From Balanoglossus misakiensis (Eukaryota; Animalia; Hemichordata): DNA of 64,000 bases. The DNA is taken from contig CM082578.2 in the NCBI GenBank assembly GCA_040954595.2, positions 10,153,519-10,217,518 of the forward strand. The letters are read 5' to 3'. The position numbers and the translations under genes are program-made. Of the stretch, positions 1 to 12,100 are shown one piece after another; positions within the stretch are counted from its first letter, which is position 1; every line of letters starts with the position of its first letter. The notes beneath the pieces were generated by a model. It saw only the letters and a program-made list of their open reading frames with translations, made no database searches and was not told the origin of the DNA.

Positions 1-1546
1 GCGAGCATATGTTTGTGAAATTTTGCTGTTTTGCTCGTAAACTCTAAATATTTTATCCTAGGAGATTTCACTCTTGACATTTCTGTTCTGTGAAAAATGT
101 GTTAGGGATCCGTTTCATAGCCTATAAAGTTGTGTTTTTTAATTTGTGAATTTTGAACAGTTGAGTTTACTATAAAGTATAATATTCATATCAGACCAGA
201 AAAGGTCAAGACATGAAATCGCTGAAATGTATTTTGTTGTTTAAATCATAAACTTTTGAGGCTATTTTGGTAACCATGGCAACATCAAACTGTAGTCAGT
301 GATATACTAGCTTATTATTTTATGGGATGTATGTGAGAAATGTCAAAAACAAATGTCCAGATGACTGCATTTGTTGGTCAATTATTTCAAAGGCAGCAGC
401 CAGACGTTTTAAAAATAGATATACTCAGTAAATCAAATACATGTATGTCAAACCATTCCAGCAATAGAAGCGAATCAACCATCTAGAAATCCCTAACCCT
501 AATTCCATCTTCAAGTTTCAATGTTTATTTTTCAACTTTGAACAGTTAGCCAGAAATGGATGACTGATTCATTAGCACACCATGGTGTGTTTTAACGTAA
601 TTGTCCTGTCATGCAAATGGCAATATAGTCTAAAATTGTTCATTACGAAGATTGAAAATTGCTTTTTCATCAACAGCATTCCTTAAAAGTTAAGGACTCA
701 CTGGTTTTGCGTGGTCAGTGCTCATGTGCTGGTAAACATGCGGGGGTGTGTGAATGAGTAATCATTGTCTGACTGATGTATATTTAATTAGAAATTACTG
801 GTCGTGAGTTGTGCATATTTATAAGGAAACCAGAGGTCAGAAGTCAACAGCTATAGCATGGTTGATTGACCGACTGGACATTCACCACTTGTGTTGAGTG
901 AAAGGACGGACGGCCATTTGTGAGACTGTGCACAGTGCAAGGACATACGTACGCACATGTACTGGTATTGTGGGGGGTGTTTTGTAAATACTCGAACTCT
1001 AATTACAGTCTTTTGTTTTGGAAGATAATGGAATTGGAATAAATTTAGATATTTACAAGTGATAGATTTCCATAATATCAGGGGTGTGAATAGTTGTTAT
1101 TCTGCTAGGTTAATTAAAACAATTAAGGTATAATAATGTCCTAAATTGTGTAAAATTTGGGTACTATTTTCAAGTCCTGGACCAGAGTGGCGTTAATCCC
1201 TATTCTTCAGATGTAGTGATGCAGCTGAGCTGTGACAGGTACATGTACAGTGCACGGGTCGAGGCTTTGGGCAGATAACAATGCAGACCCTGCGTGGAAT
1301 TCAGTGACACAACAATATCATTTTTATTGCCCATTCTTTTGTCGCTGCATGTGAAGGAATTTTTTTAGTCCAGCTCGCTCGTCGGGAGGGGAGGGCGACC
1401 GTTACTTGGCCTTTGTGTCGCAAGTGCCACCAGACTGTCTCGTCTGTTTTGTTTCCCGCGAACCGTTCTTCTGTAACCAGCTGAGTTGCATTGGATCACT
1501 CCCTGAAGACAGGTCAACAGGTTGTTGGCCAGTGGACCGCCGAGAA

Positions 1547-1636
1547 ATGCAGCGCAGAAGTACACGTGGCTTGGTGCTGCGTCGTCCATGCCGATTCATA
1601 GGCTTGTCTGATACGAGGCAAAAGATGAAATCTGAG
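1547..1636 (+). CDS. BRAF: Candidate BRAF first coding exon (MQRRSTRGLVLRRPCRFIGLSDTRQKMKSE)
   Basis: ATG in a locally CpG-rich patch (about 1366-1620), 30 open codons, phase-0 donor GAG|gtactc; joins as ...KSE|LKNVQ, similar to the Raf EE|(V/L)xN(I/V) junction. The donor is only moderate. Confidence 0.4.
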
Positions 1637-2170
1637 GTACTCTTGTATACTTGTACATTGTTTGCATATAGTTTGTGCCAAGCTGTTGTGGGGCATTTGC
1701 TTTGGGCCTACACCAAATTCTGTGACGTGAACCCTGGCTTGTTCGAGATGGCTTGTTTTGGTCAAACTGATCGATGTTATTGACGAGCTATCAGTCTCAT
1801 GTATCATTAGGCTGGCTACCAGTTGCTGATAGTACCTGTATATTTTAACATTCTGCCTGATAAGGCTCAGTGGTTTCAGACACCATGTAAAATGATTGGT
1901 CTGAGCATATACAAACTCTGCTGTGTCTCAATGGAATTTGCAGAGAAAGGTAAATCACAAATACAGAGCGTCGGAATTTTATAGATGCACAACTAATGGT
2001 AAAAAAATAGTGTGTGTGTTGGTGTCTGTGTGATTGTTGATTCCAAGACAGCTAAATTGGTGTTTTACTTTACAGTTTAGCAGCAGTCAATCATGAACAG
2101 TGTTTGCAAAGTTTTCGTAGCGGTATTTGCAAAGTTCTGACCAAAATAAAATTCTTCATTATATTGACAG

Positions 2171-2272
2171 CTTAAGAATGTGCAGAATCTTATCAACATC
2201 ACCACAGAAGCAATTGAAAGAGTAATCAATATGATTGGGGACAAGAAACAACCCCCGTCACTCTTCGTTCAG
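2171..2272 (+). CDS. BRAF: BRAF exon: BRAF-specific N-terminal region ([34 protein letters not shown])
   Basis: gacag| ... CAG|gtaagt, 102 nt, phase 0/0; resembles vertebrate exon 2 ([34 protein letters not shown]). Confidence 0.88.
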
Positions 2273-3030
2273 GTAAGTCTATTTTTTTGTCGGGGGAAGG
2301 GGGTGTTGTGTTTTCCACACGTTTCGCATATTGGGGGGGGGGGGGGGAGAGATGAAGACCGTATGGGTAACTGATATGTCACATGTAACACTGACCTTAA
2401 CATTGACCTGGAAACAACATCAACAATTGTATGTCATCAAATTTCACTTCTTTCTGGGAGAGGGGGGGGGGTCACATATTCACCCTAACTTCAGTATTAG
2501 ACAAGATTAACTCTTTTAATTAATGAGTATTTGAATACTGTAAGATGCTGAATTCCAAGACAGATTTCTCGGTCACCTGACACCGATGCTCAGAACAATT
2601 TCATTTGCGCGCACGGCAATAGGGAGATAAATCCAGGAAATGTAGGTTGCATATCTTTCAGTCGTCAACTCTGAAGGAAAGTAGGACGCATTGAAGCTAC
2701 CTGACGATGTTGTAAGAGGGACACATTGTGGACGTGTGTTAAGCCCATGCCTCCAGTGTCTATTTATATAAATCATTGCTCAGTTAAATGTACATGTAGG
2801 ATACCTACCAGTGGTGTGTGTCTCTCCAAGAGTGAAATACTATCCTCGCTACTAATGTGATATACGGATTTAATATTAGGGAAAGGTGTTTTTCACTGGA
2901 ATAGGTCATGCATGCCGACCTTTATTTCCCCCAGTGTCTGGTACAGGTGTTGAAGGAACAGTTGCCGTGACATTCTCCAGACTTTATATAAGAAATACTT
3001 GTCCTTTAAAATATTAAGAAAGGTGGGGGC

Positions 3031-3062
<32 letters not shown>

Positions 3063-3067
3063 GGAAG

Positions 3068-3100
<33 letters not shown>

Positions 3101-6100
3101 TTTATGTTTATGATGATGATGATGATGATGGTTATGATGACTCCTGTTTAGCTCTTGTATTTGTGTTAGGTTACACATGCATACATGTAGCATGTAGGCG
3201 TTGAGAAGGGAAAATCTCTGGGGCAGCTAGGGTCGTGTTTACCGCATTCCTACAGGGAAAAGCTGGATAGATAGGGCTTCCTCAACAAATTGCATAAAGC
3301 ACGATGCAGGTTTCACAGGTCACCGAGAGAACTAGGTGAGATGCAGAAACGCTTGAGCATTTCCCTCCCCCCATTCACAGTCGGTGGACCAGCTGCTTGT
3401 GAATGACCACAGCCTGGGCGTAAGGGGAACTCTCTCCCTTCAGCCAAATGCAGCTTCTCATTTTAACAGTGCTGGAGTACTTGAAGAGTATCGCTCCGGG
3501 TGAAGTACCCCCAAGAGACGCCAACCACGTCATCGCTATGTGCGCAAAACTCCGAACCTCTTGACAGTTCTTGCGAGAGGATCACACGATCTAGGCACAG
3601 TTTGGTGCAAGGAAAGACATCAGCTAAGGAGAAGGTTACACGTACTCTTGTCAATGAAAGCAAATTCCATAGTCTTGATAATGATGAGAAGCAAAACAGA
3701 TGCGTGTAGTCACAGTAACCTTTCAGACCGTTGTCCCTTTGGTCAAGTTGGTGGGGTCACTCATTACAACATTTGGGTCATTTCCAGGTCAGGACAATAG
3801 AATATTGTCTCATAGCTAGGGCATCTTTTTTGTGTTAAAATTGCACATCCAAGCCCCAGAGATCATTAATAATACGGTCATGAGCTACATATATATGCTT
3901 CTGTTTTCGTTTTTAACACTGCAGCCACATGAAAGAAAGTTGAATATGTGATGAGTGGTTATAATTATTTTTTTCGCAACAACATTCGCGCACGGCCCCT
4001 GGATCAGTTGTATTGAATGCTGTATTTATAGACACAGTGTGGAATAATCAATAAAAACTGTCGATGAATGACAGGGTTGCAGTTCTGTGATTCAGGCGTG
4101 TGTGGACAAAACAGGTGTTCCCGGTATGTGGGCAAAATGCCCGGAATCCCCAGATTCCGGCATTCAGAGTGGAGTGTATTGGCAAAAAATGCAATGGTTT
4201 TATTATTTTAGAATGGGTCAACATTATCACATCAGCATGAAGGGTGATGTATCCGATGTATACATGTAAATTTTGCCCTATTTTGCGTTATGCAATTGGT
4301 AGTGTACAGTTAGTCATATTTCATAGAGAGAGAATTAATCGATTACTATTCTGGTGGGCAGTGGTAACACGCGGGGCCTCTGCCGCAGTCTGCAGGATGC
4401 AGAGACTGAAAATGGTGGCATGGAAGTGTGGCTGGCTCGGTTGTTTCAACATCCATCACAAGTCCAAATGTGTAAGTCATGTCGCAGTTTTCTGGAGTGT
4501 TTAGATTAGAATGATTTACCATTGTCTGATAATTTCATTGTATCCCCTCCCCCTCCCCAGTGGCAACAAATTATTTTTTGTTTTTAATCATGAGGACAGC
4601 CAGTCAAAATTCCTCTGATGTCCATGTGTGCATTCAATGAACAGGGATACCAGGGACTATTTGGGGAAAAGAGAGAGAGAGAGAAGTGAGAGAGGAAGTC
4701 AACTGTATCTTTGATCCAGTGATTAGACTGACCCAGCGGGAGAGGTTTGAGGGATCATCAGCAGATATACTCAGCGGTTCATTGACTTGGACTGTTCTGA
4801 ACTGTGATGTCAGCAACCTGCCGATCATTTGCTGGTGGGGTGTTGTTGTCGTCATTGGTGTGTTTTTTAGTGTATGATTGTACTTGCGTAGGTACAAAAC
4901 AGTTATACCAGTAGATATGCAAATTTTTGTTCTCCCTCAGTGAAAATCTGTATATACAGTATGGAAAAATTACAAATTATAAATCTAAAAAAGAGAGAAG
5001 ATTATAAAAAATTTGAAAATGAATTAGTGAAAAAAATCAGTGTACACAAGCTGAAATGCATATGCCCAGGTTTGATATTGAATTGTAGAGTCTGCAGTAG
5101 AGTACTGAACATGAAGATTTCATATCAGCTTAATTTCTGGTCTATAACTCATAAATAACATTTCAATTTAAAATTCACAAGTCAAACCAGTGTTTTATCA
5201 TCCAACCGCCCACTTGCCACCAAAGGTACGGCGTGAATGGATTTCAACGGGGATGAAATGCAACCGTTTAAGAACGAATAATGGTCGTATTGTTGTATGT
5301 GTGTGTCTTTATGTGTATTTATGGGTTTCAGTTTCCTGTTTCTATGACGTTGCCTGGGTCGTGGGAAATACGAGACTTTGCCCTGCTTTGGGTGTCGGAC
5401 AAATGAAATCTTTGAAACGTATCTGCTGTGTAGAGCTTGAAACCCTGGCTGTGGTAGCGTTTGTGGGGGCTTGTGTACTGTCATCATCGGTGCGGGCAGC
5501 ACGCAGCAGTCACAGAGAAGCCATATGGTGCTTCAGATCTGATTTGCCCAAGCTGTCTTTTCTTTTTTTTAATACGTCGGTAGCTAGCTTTCCACTGACG
5601 TCAATGCGCCAGTTCCGCCAGGGGTAACCTACATACCTGACTCCGACAAGAGCGGAGCTCAGGTTGTTTACCTCTGATGTAACGCGGCTGATCACGCTCC
5701 GCTGTGGTCTGTTGCCGCGGCGACGGTGATGTCATTTGCCGTGAGCGACCCACCCGGAGTCTGGGGAGGCATATGCATAAAGTTTCAGTGGGTTTTCCAA
5801 CTGCTTGCGTTGATGAAAAGGCTTGACAAGCAGCGCATACTACTTAATTGCAAATATACTATATATCTCTGCTTGTGGGTTGGTTTGCTTTGAGTGTTTC
5901 TAAGCTAAGTCCCGGCTATCTCGTAGCAGAAACGTAGAGAAGTGAATTATTCAGATTTTTTGCTTTGATGTATGTTCGTCTTGTTTTATTCACATACTAC
6001 ATATACAGGCAATATCTCAGTGCATAATCACTGACAAGCAGCTACTAACACAGACTAGCCATTTACAGACATGCGACATTGTGGATATGACTTGTTTTCT

Positions 6101-9100
6101 GTCTTCTCTCGGGATCATATTCTGGGAATTTGTTTTAAATGCTGTCCACCGTACTCTGCAGGTTTAAAAATAACTTGCTAATGGCAGCACTCTTGTCTAG
6201 GCAAGCACTTGTGGGCCCGAGGCTATATATAGTGTAATTCGGGTCAGGGGCCGTGTATTAGTGCAGTGTTTCAGCAAAAAGCATGTCATATTTTTTTAAT
6301 CAGAAACTGAAACGCGATTGGTGCGTGTGGCTGATTTTCCGAAATGGTGCCACCAAAGACATCAGCTGATGGTAAATGTCGATAACTTCCCCCATGGGCT
6401 TTCCGAAACTGTCTTTTTGTGTTCTTTTTATACATCGCCGCTATAATTAGCACAAATGGGATAAATTTATACCTCGGATGAAATAATACTTCAATGACAG
6501 GCTGGAACAACCTTGAAATACCAGGATAAGTAGAGGCCGATCCCGTAATGGCAGGAGCTCAGTCATCTGATTCAGATCATCTGTAAGACTATTCCGTCTC
6601 ATCAGTGGCCAGGAGAGGCCAGTAACAAGTAATTTTGGAAGAGAAATTAAATTGGAATGAAATTTAAAGAAAGAAAGAAAGAAGAAAAAAATTAGAGATA
6701 ATATCGGTTGTCATCACACGCCCATCACTCTTGCACACATTATGAAACTTTGTGGTCTACTTGAAAATGGACCTTTTCTTTCCATCAATCCAATCAATTA
6801 GTGGTATGTTTTGCCTTGATGAACTTCATACCTGTGAGCTCAGCTGAACCGAGATATCTCGCATGCGGGAGCCAATTACACTTTCCTATTTATATTTCAT
6901 GACTTTGCTTCTAAAAATAACGTGATCAATGTTATATTAATACCTGCTGAGCTCGTGTGTGACAGACAAACCCAGACAGACGGATCAATCATTTTGCAAG
7001 TGACTGCACGTATCCCTGCATCTATGTGATGAGAATAACAAAGCAATCTGAACCTCGATCGCTGAATCTTCAACTTTTGACAATCTCGATGTGAATAATA
7101 TTTTACCTTTTGAGCACGCTATTGAAAAAAATAAAAGAGTCAGGTTTGGCGCGCAATACCTTTGCCCTAAGTCCATGAATCATGACTTGCTTTAAGGAAC
7201 TGAAAAATTGTGTCTCCAGGGTGTATAAATGCAAGCTACTTCCCCAAGCGTCGTGACAATGTTCGCATAAATTGTCATAAATGTTATTGTCCCTCGCAGG
7301 AATATCAAGATCTCACTGACAAGCTGAGCAGCCTCCAACAGCAGAAAGAAGACCTGGTGGACCGCATGAGCAACGGCAGGATGTCTCCGTCACCCCAGCC
7401 GTCACCCCAGGCGTCACCGCTTCCAGTACCGGCGCACCACCATGCGACCGCCGCCTCAACCAGGCCAAGGGTGCCCAAGTCGCCGCACAGCAACTTGGTC
7501 CGAGTGTTGCTGCCGAATCAGCAGAGAACGACGGTGAGTGAAAATAAATTACACGTCATGGCTCACTCATGAAAAATTTCAACATTTTAATAATTGCTTT
7601 AATTGTTTCAGTGCTTCTTTGCAGGTGAGCAAGATGATGGCAAAATGGCGTATGGGGCTAGTCAGACGATAAGTCTACAAAGCGGAACAAATTTTAACAT
7701 TTTTCTCTCCAACCTGTTTGGTTTCCGTGTCAACAGGTTGTTGCTAGGAGCGGTTTCACACTCCGGGAATCCTTGATGAAAGCGATGACGAGGAGGGGCT
7801 ATTCAACAGACACTTGTTTAGTTTACAGAAAAGAATCCCGAATTCTGGTGGACTGGGACATGGATATTCTGTGGTTAGAAGGCGAAGAGGTGAGTTTTCG
7901 CCACTGGCTTTCGTACATTGCCCTTCACCAAATAATTGTTGATGCTGAGTTTTCTGTGTGCAGCATTCCCATGAGTGACACATTTCATGAATTATGATAT
8001 GCTTGGTCTGAATCCAGCCACCTGATTGGCTGAAACTGGGTTATATACTCTGGAACTAGAAGACGTGGGCCCTGGACAGTGAATAATAATTTAGGAAAAA
8101 AAATGAATTTGAACATGCTCGATTGACTGTTTTATGCCAAATATGCTAATTTCCACCTGGGAGATCTTTATAGCAGCAAACAAATACCCTCGCTTGGAAT
8201 TTATTACCTCCACAAATTTGTGATAGAACTTGCTTTCATAATCATTCCTGAGTATGACACTTTCAACTTTACTCCTGGACAGAAAAAAACACACCAGAAA
8301 ATTTCTTTGCATTGCAAGCCGTGGAATTCTAAATGCAGACGAGGTGGCATTGGGAACTATGCAGTCAATTATCCAGCATGTACAAGTCAGCAGAACAAAT
8401 AAATAACGACTGGCCACGAATGAAAATAAGCCCAGTAACATCAAGAGATATGACGACTACTCTGTGTATGAAGCTGCATATGGCTGATATGTGCCAGCGT
8501 GAACCAACCATGCAGATGTAATCATTTATTCAAGGCACTGACGCTCTCTCACCCCGACCTCATTAATAACAGTAAAACAAAAAAGATGTGCGCCACATAT
8601 TTATGATAAGCTTGATTCACTGCTGAGCCCGGATGAAAATCATAGGTGCAAAGAGCCTGTCCCAGTGGAGGGCCCTGCCTTCAAGCACTGATCAGGGGGT
8701 CACCGTCAGATAGTGATTATAGATAAATACAATAGATGAACTCGGCAAGTAGGGCATTCAGATTCAGTAAATCTTAGGGGATTACCATGTGATTTCTGGG
8801 GAGTGGGTGGAAGATTTTTGGAGATGTAGAGGGACAAAAATACATCTGCAGTGCCCTGAGTTGTGACCTTTGACCTCTGATGAGGAATGCACCATTTTGA
8901 GCATAGGGTGAATCCGAGCGATGGGTTACTTCAGGCCGTGAAATGCAATTGCATCTGTGTGATCTACAACTGATTCCTGTGCCCAACAGGGAGGCCGACA
9001 TCTTGCTGCAGACTCTGTTTAACCAGTCTGTCCACGTCCATTCTGGGACAGTCGGTAAATGAATAAAGATGGGGGGCTTATACGTGTGAGCTGGGGGACT

Positions 9101-12100
9101 TGTGTGCGCGACAGGAACTTAGAGATGTCACCGACTGCTTCCATCGCAAAGCTGAAAATGCCATGTCCTTATTTACCCGATCGGTTGGAAGCAAGGTTCA
9201 GAATATCCAAATGCAGCAGCGGTCGGGGAGTTGAGTTGAGTTCGCTGTCGGTTTCATGTCTGGCGCGTTAAGAGACAGACAGCGCCTGTCAAATCACACT
9301 CTCTCAAATTAATTATCTCTATTCCCAGTCGCATGAGTCTACTTCGCTGGAAAAGGGCATTTACTTCAGAATTTTAGATACTTCATATTCATCTCAAGTT
9401 ACAGCCACTGTTGGCTATGTCTGTATGTGGTGTAGTGCTCCACCCCACTGTACAAGTACGGTACACTCCGAAACCAGTTGAAGTACAATATTTTTACATT
9501 ACAGTAGCCTGATTTGATGCACCTGGCATGAGCGTGCACATGGCTAGTCAGATGCTGTCACTTGATCTGTGCAATATTTGTGGATGATAATACATCCCTG
9601 GGCCTCTGAATCTCACCATAAATTTCATTGCTGGCCGTTTATGTCATGGGAATATTGATGAGTTGGAAGGCCTCTCATCAACATTGCCATTGAAAACTTA
9701 CACCTGACGTTCCCAGTGGATTACAAAATCACACGAGTGTTCAAGTTTCTTGACATTGGTCGATGTCCCATGAGGTTAAATTTGAGATTATAGGTTGCAT
9801 CAAGTTTCTCAGGTCGGGTTGTGCCACTATGTCATATATGTAGGTCACATTGGAGTTTAACGGTTGTCACCCTACAATATAGGTCACATTGAATGTCATA
9901 TATATTACTCTGGGTCATAACGACCTTGGTGCTGATATTTCCTGGTGATCAGTGTAGAGGGTCAGTATTAGTTTCTGAAAAACCTTAGAGTGCAGCGACT
10001 GCACCCAACTGACTTAATTTAATTTCACAAATATAGAAACCAGTACCGGTGTTTGTACTGTATATGATGTTGCAGTTGAATATGTCAACTGTTACATTGC
10101 AATTTCAATATGAATTCTCTTGGACCTCTCCCCCTATTTTACCATCTTGCTTGTTATTTTTTCCCTACAGCTTGTCGTCGAAGTCAGTGAACGTTTCCAA
10201 GCAACAAGTAGTATATCCCATAATTTTGTAAGTAGTCTGTGAATTTTTCAAATCTTTGACCTGGTCCAGTACTTTGGTCTGTGATATAAAGGGAGAAATA
10301 TAACCGTAATAGGAAAAAAATTCAGCATTACTCCAATATAGTATTCTCGGTGACACCTTTCCATTTTGAAAACGTAGATGTGTTTGCAGAGGTGTCCATG
10401 TTGACTAGTTTCACTGCCACGTGTCGTGTTTGTAACCGTGTCTCTCTCAACTCTCTCCTCAGGTACGTAAAACGTTTTTCACCCTAGCTTTCTGCGACAG
10501 TTGTCGTCGTCTCCTCTTCCATGGCTTTAAGTGTCAGACGTGTGGCTACAAATTCCACCAGCGATGTGCTCAAGACGTCCCGGCTCTCTGCGTGTCAGAC
10601 AATTTTTACAAAATGTAAGTTGCCACATAATTTGTTTTAAAGTTTGATATTCATGAGCTGAGTGCTTTGTAAGTCAGTCACAAGAAAGATTGATAGTGAC
10701 AGTGTTCCGCAATTTTGTAGAAAAAGATTGCTTGTTTTATATTTCATTAGTTCAAAGCACGATTTTGTGTGCTGTCGATAATTGCAATATTTTTGAACAA
10801 CTTCTCTGAATTCCAGCTAGCTTTGCAAGTCCTTGTGTTTTGTGATCTCTCCACCAACGTGTTATCGCCCTCTATGGCAGAAACAAAAAAAAGGGATCCA
10901 TATGTACTTTGTATCACAGTCCATTTTTTTTAAAGATCTGCATTTTCTGTATGCTGAGGTGGTTGGTTGAAATGCAACAGCACATGATCTTCTCAGAATA
11001 ATAATTTTGAACTGGGATCTTGGTCCTTGAAAAAAGAAACTGACCCTTTTCCGCTAACTTGCATCATGTTTGGTTGAAATGTACTGGGTTCGGTTTGGTT
11101 TGTAACGGTGTCTTCTGAAATCCACACACACACATGTATAAGATAGGAGAATGAGAGTCTTGTAACAATTTGGACGAAGAGCAACCAAATCTGCTTGTTT
11201 ACTTCCTTATATGTTTCTTTTGTGCATTAGGGATTGGGTATTTCTTGCTAATAATTTGCATGTTGCTTGCAATGGTGTAATGCATCCATGTAGCTTGCTA
11301 TTGGCTGATTCAGTTGTGTGACCGGATTTAGTTGTGATCGGGCTATTACAGCAACTTTTCCCAATTTGCTCGGTGCAGTGCCACGTAGTTCTATACTTTT
11401 CAGCCCTACCTGGAGTGGCATTTCCTTCCGTTGATTTAAACAAGCCTACACGTGCAAGAGCACATGCACACATGAATTTGCACGCACACACACACAAACA
11501 CACACACACAAAGAAAGAATATGCTCAGGCCATGTGTTTCTTGGGTTTCAGAAGACTTAGAGGAACTATTAATTATTTGAAAGTATATAACCATCCAAAC
11601 TATCCCCCACACAGGTAATTCAATTGTAATTTTATTATGGGAAAAGGAATTTTGGAAATTCTCCTTCTGCATGGTTCCTGATTATACTCATGTCTATGTC
11701 GTTTTGTTTTTTAATGAGATAAAAATCATACATTTGCATGAGTATATTTTCATTTCTTAATATATAAACTCAGGTACTTCTGATCATCTTATTGTGTTGT
11801 TCTGTAGTTGTTGTTGGGTTTTTTTCTCTCCTTAAGTTCTGCATGTTTAATGTATTATTTATTCTTACAGAGGTATACAGTCAACGTGTTTTTTTGTGTA
11901 ATTGTTGGGAAAGTTGAGATTTTGCGAGATATTGGTAGGATATGAAGATAAATCGTAAGCATACGTGTACAATAAGGGAGACCCTGACTGCAAACTTCCC
12001 ATGTTTTCCCCCTCATTTTGTTTTTCTTTCACCTTCTCATTTCTTCCATCCTCTTATTAATTTGCATGAACATTGTCACCTCCTTGGTTTTGCATGTTTT

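Noticed and set aside
3031-3140. Possible poly-Asp coding segment
   Set aside because: Simple (GAT)n repeat in an intron with no convincing splice sites or start.
5190-5627. ORF and GG|gtaacc donor as an alternative BRAF coding exon
   Set aside because: The phase-0 frame needed to join exon 7300 has a stop at 5585-5587 and no ATG after it.
6195-6520. Possible dispersed-repeat fragment sharing CAGGGGCCGT with about 3992-4001 (inverted)
   Set aside because: Only about 10 bp shared, with no definable ends; needs a repeat library.
8864-8876. Perfect DR1 TGACCTTTGACCT in a BRAF intron
   Set aside because: Isolated motif with no supporting context.
11871-11954. Second possible cassette exon (ttcttacag| ... 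|gtaagc) inside the TGCATG cluster
   Set aside because: In-frame TAA at 11899-11901; it could only be a poison exon or a 15-nt microexon with a weak donor, and nothing else supports it.
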